This document shows, one piece after another, positions 38,490 through 47,332 of a stretch of 64,000 bases of DNA. Positions within the stretch are counted from its first letter, which is position 1. Every line of letters starts with the position of its first letter. Source of the stretch: Deltaproteobacteria bacterium (GTDB taxonomy: Bacteria; Desulfobacterota; Desulfobaccia; Desulfobaccales; 0-14-0-80-60-11). Both the position numbers and the translations under genes were made by a program. The stretch is from the NCBI GenBank assembly GCA_003599195.1, contig QZIZ01000075.1, forward strand, positions 7,705 to 71,704, read 5' to 3'. The notes under the pieces are model-generated. The model did no database searches. It had not been told where the DNA came from and saw only the letters and a list, made by a program, of their open reading frames with translations.

Positions 38490-38518
38490 GAAAAATATCC
38501 TTTTGGCGGATAATTGGC

Positions 38519-38737
38519 TTAAGTTCTTAACCGCCGAAGATCTATCGCTTTATTCAGCAGCGCGGCTGCCAATAGTTCCAACTCATCCGGGTTTCCCGTT
38601 ATGTGCAGGGATTTTGTGGCTGGATGATCTTGTCTTACAAGAAGTTCGTGTGATTTTCGGAGTTCGTTGAGTTCATTAATGCTTAGATCAATTGGGTGGT
38701 TTCCATGGCTTGAGCCATATTTAATTTCAATTCGCAT
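38519..38737 (-). CDS. Hypothetical small protein (72 aa)
   Basis: ORF between ruvA and the methyltransferase. No motif, weak RBS. Confidence 0.3.
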   Translation of the reverse strand: MRIEIKYGSSHGNHPIDLSINELNELRKSHELLVRQDHPATKSLHITGNPDELELLAAALLNKAIDLRRLRT

Positions 38738-38778
38738 AAAAACCCCCACGTTTAAAGAATTAAAGATACCGATATGGG

Positions 38779-38841
38779 CCACTGATCACTGATCACTGAT
38801 TACTGATTACTGATCACTGGCCCCTGACCCCTGGCCACTCT
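38779..38841. repeat. Heptamer tandem array (9 units, YCACTGA type) abutting the ruvA stop codon
   Basis: CCACTGA TCACTGA TCACTGA TTACTGA TTACTGA TCACTGG CCCCTGA CCCCTGG CCACTCT. Confidence 0.9.
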
Positions 38842-39423
38842 TCACTTCGCCAGCCACTTCAAACCCTGGCGCAGAAAATCCTCCACCGTGGCCGCGCCCT
38901 GGGTCCGCGCCATATCCAGGGCCTTTTCCGCCACGTTTTTGGGGTAGCCGAGATTAAGGAGGGCGGACAGCGCGTCCTGGTAGGGCCGGTCGCCGGGAAC
39001 TCCGGGCCGGGGTCTCGCGGAGATGATCACCTTGCCTTTCAGCTCGAGCAGGATGCGGTCCGCAGACTTCTTGCCGATGCCGGGAATCCCCGCCAGCCGC
39101 CGGGAGTCGTTTAACGACAGGGCCTCTTCGAATTCCTGGGGGGAAATGCCGCTGAGGATTTTTAGGGCCATGCTTGGGCCGATGCGGGGGATGTCCAAGA
39201 GCTTCAGGAAGGTGTCTTTTTCTTCATGGGTGATGAAGCCATACAGGTTGAGCGCGTCGTCCTGAATCCGGGTATGAATCTGCAAACTCACCGGGGCCGG
39301 GGGCTCGGGCATGGCATAAAAAGTGGACAAGGGGATCAGCACCAGGTAGCCTACCCCCCCCACCTTGACAATGGCCTGGCCCGTGCTCTTGTCCAGGAGT
39401 TCGCCTTCTAGAAAGCCAATCAT
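38842..39423 (-). CDS. ruvA: Holliday junction DNA helicase subunit RuvA
   Basis: MIGFLEGEL...VGGVGYLV...LLDIPRIGPSMALKILS...IPGIGKKSADRILLELK (OB domain plus two HhH motifs). Confidence 0.92.
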   Translation of the reverse strand: MIGFLEGELLDKSTGQAIVKVGGVGYLVLIPLSTFYAMPEPPAPVSLQIHTRIQDDALNLYGFITHEEKDTFLKLLDIPRIGPSMALKILSGISPQEFEEALSLNDSRRLAGIPGIGKKSADRILLELKGKVIISARPRPGVPGDRPYQDALSALLNLGYPKNVAEKALDMARTQGAATVEDFLRQGLKWLAK

Positions 39424-39586
39424 TTTGAAAATACCGTTTCCGTTTTTCGTTTATAAGATGTAAAGCTGAAAAGTTAAACTGATTCCGTATGCGACAATTG
39501 CTGTAGCTAAATAAAGGCGGGAGCGGCGGGGGTTTTTCCACATCTCCATGGGAACCATTTTCTGACGGCTCTCCGTATCAGCCCAC

Positions 39587-40390
39587 TCACGACCCGACTT
39601 CTCTATACAGGCCCGCCGCCATCTTTAGGTGTTGCCACAGTTGTGGCAACTCACGGGGACGTAGACATAAAGCTCCAAGACGACCATCCGGACCAGGTGC
39701 CAGTGAACAAATATTGTCCGACTTAAGATGACTTGATACGCAGAACAGCACCGCGATTCTACCGAGCTGAAACTGATAGGTGCAATGTCCTTCGTATTTG
39801 AACTTGAAGGGGGCTGCGACGCCACCGTGCCCGGATTGCATGACAGGACATAGCCAGAGCGGGTATTCGTACCTGGCACCTGGATTGCCACTAAGCAGCA
39901 TTGCGCGAAGACGTTCCTCGTGTTGTCCAAGCCTAACCTGCCAAAACTCGGGAAGCGTCGAAACGCTGCTTCGCCAAAGGATGGAAATCAGGAACAGTTT
40001 GAACTTATCGTAGTCGAAGCCCCTAAAACGAAGGAGCTTCATTTTTAATCCCAACGGCCCTCCCTCGACCATACTCATTGACATGCTTGGGGGTGGACAA
40101 CTTCTAAAGGACGTGATAGTTCGCCAGTATGATAGTGAAGGTTGCTCGTATCTGGTGTTTAGCAGTTCTTCGCATTCTGCGCACAGTAACTTCTCCCGTA
40201 GTCCCTTCTGGAGGTACCTCCTCTTGATCTCGCCATTTTTAAATAGAAACCCGACCATCCGTCGTCTTGCAGAGTAGAGCGGCTTGTAGATGAACTCCGG
40301 TATGACGTGCGAATCGCAGAGACGATCCTCGCGACCACACAGGGCGCATTGGGTTCGCTGGTCGGGCGACATGTCACTACTCCTTAACAT
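39587..40390 (-). CDS. Uncharacterised Cys-motif protein inserted between ruvC and ruvA (HNH-like CxxCG-x7-SHVIP start)
   Basis: QCALCGREDRLCDSHVIPEFIYKPLY ... LLCAECEELLN ... FLISILWRSS. The resemblance to HNH zinc-finger nucleases is partial and the spacing is atypical. Confidence 0.5.
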   Translation of the reverse strand: MLRSSDMSPDQRTQCALCGREDRLCDSHVIPEFIYKPLYSARRRMVGFLFKNGEIKRRYLQKGLREKLLCAECEELLNTRYEQPSLSYWRTITSFRSCPPPSMSMSMVEGGPLGLKMKLLRFRGFDYDKFKLFLISILWRSSVSTLPEFWQVRLGQHEERLRAMLLSGNPGARYEYPLWLCPVMQSGHGGVAAPFKFKYEGHCTYQFQLGRIAVLFCVSSHLKSDNICSLAPGPDGRLGALCLRPRELPQLWQHLKMAAGLYREVGS

Positions 40391-40498
40391 GGGCTTCTAG
40401 TCGCGCGTGTGTTTGATCTCCCGAATTGTCTCCCCACGGTTAAATTACTGTGTACGAGCACATTTCAACTTATGTCTGATCATGGCGGGCTTCCGGTT

Positions 40499-40792
40499 TC
40501 AGGGAATTACATTTCCCCATTTAGACCCGCACTTCCGGCACTCCCAGCGCTTGCTGTCCCGGGCAACTTCGCAGCCGCCGAGTTCCACTCTGCCGCTGTC
40601 GATGGCGCGATGCAGTTCTTCATCCAATATCGGCTCGCCGTAGAGGATATAGACCACCCGGTCCGAGTTGCACCTGGGGCAGGTAACCGGCGCGTCCCAG
40701 GGACGAGGGTCTCTTGTTTGGGCTGACGCCAGCAGAGGGAGCAGGAAAAGACCTACCCAAATAACCGCAATAAGGAATTTAAGACGAACCAT
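40499..40792 (-). CDS. Small secreted zinc-ribbon protein
   Basis: MVRLKFLIAVIWVGLFLLPLLASAQ signal peptide; CPRC...CRKC. The track start at 40858 would overlap ruvC and the heptamer array. Confidence 0.45.
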   Translation of the reverse strand: MVRLKFLIAVIWVGLFLLPLLASAQTRDPRPWDAPVTCPRCNSDRVVYILYGEPILDEELHRAIDSGRVELGGCEVARDSKRWECRKCGSKWGNVIP

Positions 40793-40810
40793 TGCCTGTC
40801 CTGTAGTCTT

Positions 40811-40845
40811 ACCGAAGACCGTAGACCGCAGACCGAAGACCGTCA
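40811..40845. repeat. Heptamer tandem array (ACCGNAG, 5 units) abutting the ruvC stop codon
   Basis: ACCGAAG ACCGTAG ACCGCAG ACCGAAG ACCGTCA. Confidence 0.9.
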
Positions 40846-41325
40846 TTACCGCGGCCATTTGCTGTGAAACAGGTGGCAGATCCCCACCGCCAGGGCGTCA
40901 GCCGCGTGTTCGTTGGTGATTTTCAGGCCCAGCAGGTGTTCGATCATCAACTGCACCTGGGCCTTGGTGGCCTGGCCGTAGCCAACCACCGCCTTTTTCA
41001 CGGTGGTGGCGGAATACTGGAAGACGGGGAGGGAGGATTGGGCCGCGGCCAGGAGCACCACCCCCTGGACCTGCCCGAGGACGAAGGCGCTGCGCACGTT
41101 GCTGGCCAAAAAGATTTCCTCCAGGGCCAGGGCCTGGGGCTGGTGCTGTTGGATCAAGTCCGTCAAGCTGTCATAGATTTGACGCAGGCGATTTTCCAGG
41201 GCCGGGCGAGACCCGGCATGGATGCGCCCGGAATCCAGGTGCAGGAGCTTCTCCCTTTCTTCCTGGATGACGCCGAACCCGGTGTCCCGGGAACCCGGGT
41301 CCACCCCCAGGATCACCTGGCTCAC
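40846..41325 (-). CDS. ruvC: Crossover junction endodeoxyribonuclease RuvC
   Basis: [17 protein letters not shown]-terminus and overall RuvC layout. The start overlaps the yebC stop (ATGA). Confidence 0.92.
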   Translation of the reverse strand: MSQVILGVDPGSRDTGFGVIQEEREKLLHLDSGRIHAGSRPALENRLRQIYDSLTDLIQQHQPQALALEEIFLASNVRSAFVLGQVQGVVLLAAAQSSLPVFQYSATTVKKAVVGYGQATKAQVQLMIEHLLGLKITNEHAADALAVGICHLFHSKWPR

Positions 41326-42071
41326 ATCAGGGCCTCCAGGAGGTTATCCGGGATATCGAAATTGGCGAAGACGTTGTTCACGTCGTCGTGATCTTCCAGC
41401 AATTCCACCAACTTCAACACCTGCTGCGCAGGCTTTTCCTCATCGATGCGCACCGTGGTTTTGGGGTGGAGCTGCAGTTCCGCCAGCGCGGGTTGAAAGC
41501 CTCTGGCCTCCAGGGCCTCTTTGACTTCCACAAAACTTACCGGGTCGGTGAGGACTTCAAACTGGGTCTCATCACTCTGCAGGTCTTCGGCGCCGCACTC
41601 CAAGGCGGCCTCCAGGAGTTCATCCTCCTTGACGCTCTCCCGGTCGAAGACGATGACCCCTTTTTTGTCGAACATCCAGGCCACGCAGCCGGGTTCCCCC
41701 AGGTTACCCCCGTACTTGGTGATCAGATGGCGCACGTCGGAGACGGTGCGGTTTTTGTTATCCGTGAGGCTCTCCACCATCAAGGCCACGCCTGCGGGGC
41801 CGTAGCCTTCCAGGATCAGCTCTTCCAGGGCCGCGCCGCCACCTTCGCCGGTGCCTTTACGGATGGCCTTCATCATATTGTCTTTGGGGAGGTTCTCGGC
41901 CTTGGCCGCGGCAATGGCAGCCCGGAGGCGGGGATTGCCCGAGGGGTCGCCGCCGCCTATGCGCGCGGCCACGGTTAGCTCCTTGGTGAGCTTGCCGAAG
42001 ACCTTCCCCCGCTTGGCGTCCAACGCCCCTTTTTTGCGCTTGATGGTGCTCCACTTGGAATGGCCGGACAT
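41322..42071 (-). CDS. yebC: YebC/PmpR family DNA-binding transcriptional regulator
   Basis: [28 protein letters not shown] is the canonical family N-terminus. Confidence 0.92.
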   Translation of the reverse strand: MSGHSKWSTIKRKKGALDAKRGKVFGKLTKELTVAARIGGGDPSGNPRLRAAIAAAKAENLPKDNMMKAIRKGTGEGGGAALEELILEGYGPAGVALMVESLTDNKNRTVSDVRHLITKYGGNLGEPGCVAWMFDKKGVIVFDRESVKEDELLEAALECGAEDLQSDETQFEVLTDPVSFVEVKEALEARGFQPALAELQLHPKTTVRIDEEKPAQQVLKLVELLEDHDDVNNVFANFDIPDNLLEALM

Positions 42072-42095
42072 CGGGCTTGCTCCTTAAATGATTTT

Positions 42096-42218
42096 ACCAC
42101 AGAGGCACAGAGAGCACAGAGTTTCACAGAGAATTTGATAATTTCCTTTGACGCCAAGGCGTCAAAGGAAATTACAATTTACCTCTGTGAATCTCTGTGT
42201 CCTCTGTGTCTTTGTGGT
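42096..42218. repeat. RCARAG-arm palindromic element (ACAGAG variant) with central hairpin
   Basis: ACCACAGAGGCACAGAGAGCACAGAGTTTCACAGAG ... CTCTGTGAATCTCTGTGTCCTCTGTGTCTTTGTGGT. Core ATTTCCTTTGACGCC-aa-GGCGTCAAAGGAAAT (42141-42171). Confidence 0.9.
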
Positions 42219-42855
42219 GAATCTTTTTTTTATTCAACGCCAGCAGGTAAATCTCCTTGCTGGCCGCGCGGGAGCCCGGGGGCTTCACCCGGCGGCAGAC
42301 CTTAAAACCGGCCTCCAATTCCCGGACCAGGGCCCCCACTCCAGGCCCTTCGAAGACCTTCACCAGAAAAAATCCCCCGGGCCTGAGCACCCTTTTGGCC
42401 CACTCCCAGGCGGCCAGTGCCAGGTCCAGCGAGCGCTGCTGGTCTACCTCCCTGATGCCCGTGGTCCTGGGGGCCATGTCGCTGACCACTGCGTCAAAAA
42501 AATCACTGACCGCCCTGACGGCCTCCAGATCCAGGCCGCTCACGTCCCCGGGCACGAAGTATACGGGCGGCGCCACCTTAATGGCGGGCGGATTCACGTC
42601 CACCCCCACCACCAAACCGCCCGCGCCCACCCGGGAGGCCAGGTATTGCAGCCAGGAACCGGGAGAGCATCCCAGGTCCAACACCTTTTGTCCCGGCTGG
42701 AACAGGCGGTGTTTTTCGTCCAGCGCCTTTAATTTATATATGGCCCGGGCCACGTATCCTTCGGTCCGGGCTTGGTCGCGGTAGGGGTCGGGCACCCCGG
42801 GGCGGGGCATGATAAAGCGCCTATCTGGGTAAATTAACTGGATTTCTTTTACCAT
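42172..42855 (-). CDS. rlmE: 23S rRNA (uridine-2'-O)-methyltransferase RlmE/FtsJ; last about 16 codons and the stop lie inside the repeat element
   Basis: GYVARAIYKLKALDEKHRLFQPGQKVLDLGCSPGSWLQY (SAM motif I) and DVVVSDMAP. Start at 42855 (MVKEIQ) or 42807 (MPRPG). Confidence 0.85.
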   Translation of the reverse strand: MVKEIQLIYPDRRFIMPRPGVPDPYRDQARTEGYVARAIYKLKALDEKHRLFQPGQKVLDLGCSPGSWLQYLASRVGAGGLVVGVDVNPPAIKVAPPVYFVPGDVSGLDLEAVRAVSDFFDAVVSDMAPRTTGIREVDQQRSLDLALAAWEWAKRVLRPGGFFLVKVFEGPGVGALVRELEAGFKVCRRVKPPGSRAASKEIYLLALNKKKIHHKDTEDTEIHRGKL

Positions 42856-42881
42856 AGGAACCCGGTTTTGGCAATTAAAAA

Positions 42882-42944
42882 GCAGTAGCCAGTGGCCAGT
42901 AGCCAGTAGCCAGTAAACAGCAATCAATGATCAGTGATTAATCG
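42882..42944. repeat. Heptamer tandem array (CCAGTRG type, 9 units) upstream of rlmE
   Basis: GCAGTAG CCAGTGG CCAGTAG CCAGTAG CCAGTAA ACAGCAA TCAATGA TCAGTGA TTAATCG. This is the reverse complement of the CACTGGC family. Confidence 0.9.
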
Positions 42945-42990
42945 GCAAGACGATCCCCTAACCTCCTAACCCCTGGCCCCCGATTTCGAT

Positions 42991-43040
42991 TGTCAATTTA
43001 TTGACAGAGAATTGCATCCTTGACTAGGTTTTCCGTCAAG
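42991..43040. promoter_or_regulatory. Palindromes about 70-120 nt upstream of the fliL sigma-54 promoter (candidate enhancer/UAS)
   Basis: TGTCAAT-tt-ATTGACA (42991-43006) and CTTGAC-taggttttcc-GTCAAG (43019-43040). Confidence 0.35.
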
Positions 43041-43110
43041 AGCTACCGCCAGATCGGATAATTTCCCAGTTCCATCGGGATTTGCGCCCCTCGCCCTCAT
43101 CTTTCGCGGC

Positions 43111-43125
43111 TGGCACAATCATTGC
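43111..43125 (+). promoter_or_regulatory. Sigma-54 (-24/-12) promoter of the flagellar export operon
   Basis: TGGCAC-aatca-TTGC, an exact match to TGGCAC-N5-TTGC, 38 nt upstream of the fliL ATG. Confidence 0.7.
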
Positions 43126-43162
43126 TCCTTTAGAAAAAAAATTTGCGCAAAGGAGCCTGGTG

Positions 43163-43648
43163 ATGGCCCGCGAAAAAGAGCTCCCTCAGGAGGAAATGGA
43201 GGCGGCTCCTCCCAAGCGTAAGGGGAAACTTAAGAAAATCATCATTATGGGTGTCCTGGCCGTGGTGCTGCTGGTGGGCGGCGCCTTTGCCTACCTCGTC
43301 CTGACCGACGACCCCTCCTCTGACAAGGAAAAGGCCAAGCATGCGGATAAAGCCATGATGAACCTGGAGCCGTTCCTGGTCAACCTGGCGGACAAGGACT
43401 CCCGGCGTTATCTCAAGGTGAAGATCGACCTGGAAGTGGATGGCGAGAAGGCGGTAAAAGAACTGGAGAAGTCCATGCCCCGCATCCGGGACCAGCTCAT
43501 CTTTCTTCTCAGCAGTAAAAGTTACCAGGATATCAGCACCCCTGAAGGCAAACATCAGCTCAAGAAAGAGATCATGGAGCGCATGGCGGCCTTGCCCACG
43601 GGCAAGAAGATCAGCGGCGCTTTTTTTACTGAATTTGTGGCCCAATAG
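43163..43648 (+). CDS. fliL: Flagellar basal-body-associated protein FliL
   Basis: Single TM (IIIMGVLAVVLLVGGAFAYLVL), then LEPFLVNLADKDSRRYLKVKIDLEV, typical of FliL. The ATG at 43163 follows AGGAG; the longer track ORF would include the promoter. Confidence 0.8.
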   Translation: MAREKELPQEEMEAAPPKRKGKLKKIIIMGVLAVVLLVGGAFAYLVLTDDPSSDKEKAKHADKAMMNLEPFLVNLADKDSRRYLKVKIDLEVDGEKAVKELEKSMPRIRDQLIFLLSSKSYQDISTPEGKHQLKKEIMERMAALPTGKKISGAFFTEFVAQ

Positions 43649-43657
43649 GAGATCAAG

Positions 43658-44641
43658 GTGACTAAGGTTCTATCCCAGGAAGAGGTTGATGCCCTCCTTA
43701 AGGGAATGATCGAGGGGGAAATCGACGTTGAGACCGACCAGCGAGCCCCGGAAGAGGGGGTCATCAACTATGATTTTACTTCCCAGGAACGGATCATCCG
43801 CGGGCGCATGCCCACCCTGGAGGTAATCAACGAGCATTTCGCCCGGGCCTTCCGGGTCTCCCTGTCCATGACCCTGCGGCGCACCGTGGACATTCAGACC
43901 AACTTCGTGCAGATGGTGAAATTCGGCGAGTTTCTCCGCTCCCTGCCCCTACCCAGCAGTTTTCACATCCACAAGATGGACCCCCTGAGGGGCCAATGCC
44001 TGATGGTGGTGGACAGCAAACTGGTCTTCGCCCTGGTGGAGTGCTTCCTGGGCGGGAGCGCCAAGACCCGGTTCAAGATCGAAGGCCGGGATTTCACCAC
44101 CATCGAGCGCCGCCTCATCAACAAGGTGGTGCTCATGGCCTTCCAGGACCTGGAGAAGGCCTGGGCCCCGGTGCATCCGGTGAAGATGAACCTGGTGCGG
44201 GTGGAGATCAATCCCATGTTCGTGGGTATCGCCACCCCCAACGACATCGTGGTGATCAGCAAGTTCCAGGTGGAAATGGAGCAGACCGACGGGTTTATCA
44301 CCGTGTGCATTCCTTACTCCAATATCGAACCCATCAAGGGTAAGCTCTACTCCGGGTTCCAGAGCGAGCAGCTGGAGCTGGACAGCCGTTGGACCGCCCG
44401 CATCCAGGAGCAGCTCCACGACATGTCGGTGAACCTGGTAGTGGAACTGGCCACCACGGTGATGAACGCCAAAGACGTGTTGAACCTGCAAGTGGGAGAC
44501 GTTATCACCTTTGACAAAAAGGTGACCGAACCGTTATTGGCCAAGGTGGAAGGCATCCCCAAATTCCTGGGCAAGGCCGGCCAGGTCCGCAACGCCAAGG
44601 CTTTTCAATTAAGCAGCAAGCTTTACACACCGGCCCATTGA
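43658..44641 (+). CDS. fliM: Flagellar motor switch protein FliM
   Basis: LSQEEVDALL N-terminus and full-length FliM layout. GTG start. Confidence 0.92.
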   Translation: MTKVLSQEEVDALLKGMIEGEIDVETDQRAPEEGVINYDFTSQERIIRGRMPTLEVINEHFARAFRVSLSMTLRRTVDIQTNFVQMVKFGEFLRSLPLPSSFHIHKMDPLRGQCLMVVDSKLVFALVECFLGGSAKTRFKIEGRDFTTIERRLINKVVLMAFQDLEKAWAPVHPVKMNLVRVEINPMFVGIATPNDIVVISKFQVEMEQTDGFITVCIPYSNIEPIKGKLYSGFQSEQLELDSRWTARIQEQLHDMSVNLVVELATTVMNAKDVLNLQVGDVITFDKKVTEPLLAKVEGIPKFLGKAGQVRNAKAFQLSSKLYTPAH

Positions 44642-44670
44642 GTTAAGCCTGACCGGAGGGTAATGGAACT

Positions 44671-45066
44671 ATGGCAAATGAACGAGTGCAGGATTATGAC
44701 TGGGAAAAGGCGCTGGCCGATAAAAACGTGGACCTGGAGCCGGATTTTGGAGACGCTGCGGACCTGGGCTCGGGGGCTGAAGCGGCAGCCGCCAAAAAAA
44801 TCGGCCATCAAAACCTGGACCTGCTCCTGGACATCCCCCTGGAAATCACCGCGGAATTGGGCCGGGCCAAGATGATCATCAACGATCTCCTGCAGCTGGG
44901 CCAGGGTTCGGTGATCGAGCTGAACAAGCTGGCCGGGGAACCCCTGGAGATCATGATCAACCAGAAGCTCATCGCCCGGGGCGAAGTGGTGGTGGTTAAC
45001 GAGAAATTCGGCATCCGCCTCACTGACATCATCAGTCCCCTGGAACGCATCAAGCAACTTTCCTGA
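44671..45066 (+). CDS. fliN: Flagellar motor switch protein FliN
   Basis: C-terminal SpoA domain [69 protein letters not shown]. Confidence 0.9.
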   Translation: MANERVQDYDWEKALADKNVDLEPDFGDAADLGSGAEAAAAKKIGHQNLDLLLDIPLEITAELGRAKMIINDLLQLGQGSVIELNKLAGEPLEIMINQKLIARGEVVVVNEKFGIRLTDIISPLERIKQLS

Positions 45067-45075
45067 GACTGACAG

Positions 45076-45510
45076 ATGACGGCTTTCGGGGGATGGGTCC
45101 CGGAGGGTTGGAGCTTGCTCAACCTCTTCGCCCAAGGCGCAACCGAAGGGATGGCCGCCGGCGGCGGAGTCATGGCCCAAGAGTTTCCTTTTTGGCAGCA
45201 CTTCATCCGGGTGGCCTTAGTCTTGAGCGCCATGCTGGGAGTGCTGGTCCTGGTCCTTTACCTCTGGAAGAGATCGGGCGTCCTGCGGCCCCAGGGCGTC
45301 TCTCCCTTGATCCAGGTGCTGGCCACCCATTATCTGGCTCCCAAGAAGGCCCTGATCCTGGTGGAAGTGGGCCGGGAAAGACTGCTGCTGGCCAGCGCCG
45401 GGGACCAATTGAGCCTGGTCGCTCCCTTGGCGCCCGCGGCCGCGGCGGCCCAGGCCGAAGATCCGGCTTTAGCGCCGCCGCGAAAGATTGAAAAAGAAGG
45501 TGGGGGATGA
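45076..45510 (+). CDS. fliO: Flagellar biosynthesis protein FliO (by position and single-TM architecture)
   Basis: One TM (IRVALVLSAMLGVLVLVLYLW) followed by LIQVLATHYLAPKKALILVEVGRERLLL, and its position between fliN and fliP. Confidence 0.6.
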   Translation: MTAFGGWVPEGWSLLNLFAQGATEGMAAGGGVMAQEFPFWQHFIRVALVLSAMLGVLVLVLYLWKRSGVLRPQGVSPLIQVLATHYLAPKKALILVEVGRERLLLASAGDQLSLVAPLAPAAAAAQAEDPALAPPRKIEKEGGG

Positions 45511-46250
45511 AGTCCCGCGTCGCTAAATACACCCTGTTGCTCCTTCTCTGCCTGCTGGCAAGGCCCGGTTGGGCCGCGCCGGACGCAGGTCTGGGCGGTC
45601 TGGACCAACTCCTGGCCCCGGAGCGTTTGAGTCTCTCTTTGCAACTGCTGCTGCTCCTCACCGTCCTCTCCCTGGCCCCTGCCCTGGTGGTCATGGTCAC
45701 TTCCTTCACCCGGCTGGCCGTGGTCTTTTCTTTCCTGCGCCACGCCCTGGGCACCCAGCAGATGCCCCCCAACCAGATTCTCATCGCCCTGTCCCTGTTT
45801 CTCACGGTCTTTATCATGGCCCCGGTCTGGCAGGAGATTCAAGAGAAGGCGGTCAATCCTTATATCAATCAGAAATTGCCGGGAGACGAAGCGGTGAAAA
45901 AGGGCCTGGAACCCTTAAGGGCCTTCATGCTGAAGCAAACCCGGGAAAAAGACCTGGGGCTGTTCGTCTCCATTTCCCAGACCCCGAAGCCCAAAAACGC
46001 CGACGATGTCCCCATCTCCGCCATGATTCCGGCCTTCATGATCAGCGAACTCCGGACCGCGTTCGAGATCGGCTTTCTCCTTTACCTGCCCTTTCTGATC
46101 ATCGACATGGTGGTGGCTTCGGTGCTTCTGTCCATGGGCATGATGATGCTGCCCCCGGTGATGATTTCCATGGTTTTTAAAATCTTGCTCTTCGTGCTGG
46201 TGGACGGCTGGAACCTGGTGGTGGGCTCCCTGGTGCGAAGTTTTCAATGA
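45507..46250 (+). CDS. fliP: Flagellar export apparatus protein FliP
   Basis: FTRLAVVFSFLRHALGTQQMPPNQILIALSLFLTVFIMAP is canonical FliP. Confidence 0.95.
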   Translation: MKSRVAKYTLLLLLCLLARPGWAAPDAGLGGLDQLLAPERLSLSLQLLLLLTVLSLAPALVVMVTSFTRLAVVFSFLRHALGTQQMPPNQILIALSLFLTVFIMAPVWQEIQEKAVNPYINQKLPGDEAVKKGLEPLRAFMLKQTREKDLGLFVSISQTPKPKNADDVPISAMIPAFMISELRTAFEIGFLLYLPFLIIDMVVASVLLSMGMMMLPPVMISMVFKILLFVLVDGWNLVVGSLVRSFQ

Positions 46251-46269
46251 CCAGAATTAGGGAGGCGCA

Positions 46270-46539
46270 ATGAACTCGGAAGTGGTGATCGGCATCGCCC
46301 GGCAGGCCCTCCAGGTGACGCTGTTGGTATCCCTGCCCATCCTGGGCATCGGTTTGGTGGTGGGCGTAATCATCAGCCTGGTGCAGGCCGCTACCCAGAT
46401 CCAGGAAATGACCCTGACCTTCGTGCCCAAGATCGTCTCCATTTTCGTGGGCCTGCTGCTGCTCCTGCCCTGGATCATGAACCAACTGGTGACCTACACC
46501 ACCGAGCTGTTCGGCAATATCCCCAACTACGTGCGCTGA
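46270..46539 (+). CDS. fliQ: Flagellar export apparatus protein FliQ
   Basis: 89 aa, two TM; SLVQAATQIQEMTLTFVPKI motif. Confidence 0.92.
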   Translation: MNSEVVIGIARQALQVTLLVSLPILGIGLVVGVIISLVQAATQIQEMTLTFVPKIVSIFVGLLLLLPWIMNQLVTYTTELFGNIPNYVR

Positions 46540-46550
46540 AGGAACTTGAG

Positions 46551-47327
46551 ATGCCCGGCCTGATCCTGCAAATGGAACAATTCTTCATGGTGGTGATCCG
46601 GGTGGGCTGTATTCTCTTTTTCCTCCCGGTTTGGGACAGCCGCCTCGTTCCCGCGCAGATCAAGGTCTATTCCATCCTGGTGATCTCCCTGGCCTTGACC
46701 CCGGTGGTGGCGGGAACCCTGCCCCCTTTCCCCCAGAACTGGCTGGCCGCGGTTTCCCTGGTGCTTCGGGAGCTGCTCCTGGCCCTTTCTCTGGGCCTGG
46801 TGGTGCGCTTCGTCTTTTCCGGCATCCAGATGGCCGGGGAATTGGCGGGCATCCAGATGGGCTTCGGCATGGTGACCCTCATGGACCCCCAGAGCGGCAT
46901 TCCCACGGTATTGATTGCAGACCTGCTGATGCTTACGGCCACCGTACTCTTCCTGGCGGTGGACGGCCACCATCTGCTCCTTTATGTCCTGGCCCAGAGC
47001 TTCGGGGAGGTGCCGGTGGGCGGCCCGCCGCTGATGCCCGGCAGCCTCCTTTCTTTTATTGTCCCTTTGGGAAGCCTGATGTTCCAACTGGCGGTCAAAC
47101 TGGTGGCCCCCATTATCCTGGTCCTGTTTTTGACCCAGATCGCCATGGGCCTGGTGGCCCGCACCGTTCCCCAGGTGCAGGTGATGATCCTGGCCTTCCC
47201 GGTGACCATCCTCCTGGGTCTTACTTTTCTCTCCCTGACCATGATTCTCATCGGCCCCTTCCTGGCCGACAAGTTCTCCTGGTTCAAGGGGCCCTTGTTT
47301 CAGGTTTTGAAAGCCTGGCACGGCTAA
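46551..47327 (+). CDS. fliR: Flagellar export apparatus protein FliR
   Basis: Multi-TM, FFMVVIRVGCILFFLPVW and GIQMAGELAGIQMGFG motifs, position after fliQ. Confidence 0.9.
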   Translation: MPGLILQMEQFFMVVIRVGCILFFLPVWDSRLVPAQIKVYSILVISLALTPVVAGTLPPFPQNWLAAVSLVLRELLLALSLGLVVRFVFSGIQMAGELAGIQMGFGMVTLMDPQSGIPTVLIADLLMLTATVLFLAVDGHHLLLYVLAQSFGEVPVGGPPLMPGSLLSFIVPLGSLMFQLAVKLVAPIILVLFLTQIAMGLVARTVPQVQVMILAFPVTILLGLTFLSLTMILIGPFLADKFSWFKGPLFQVLKAWHG

Positions 47328-47332
47328 AAGAT

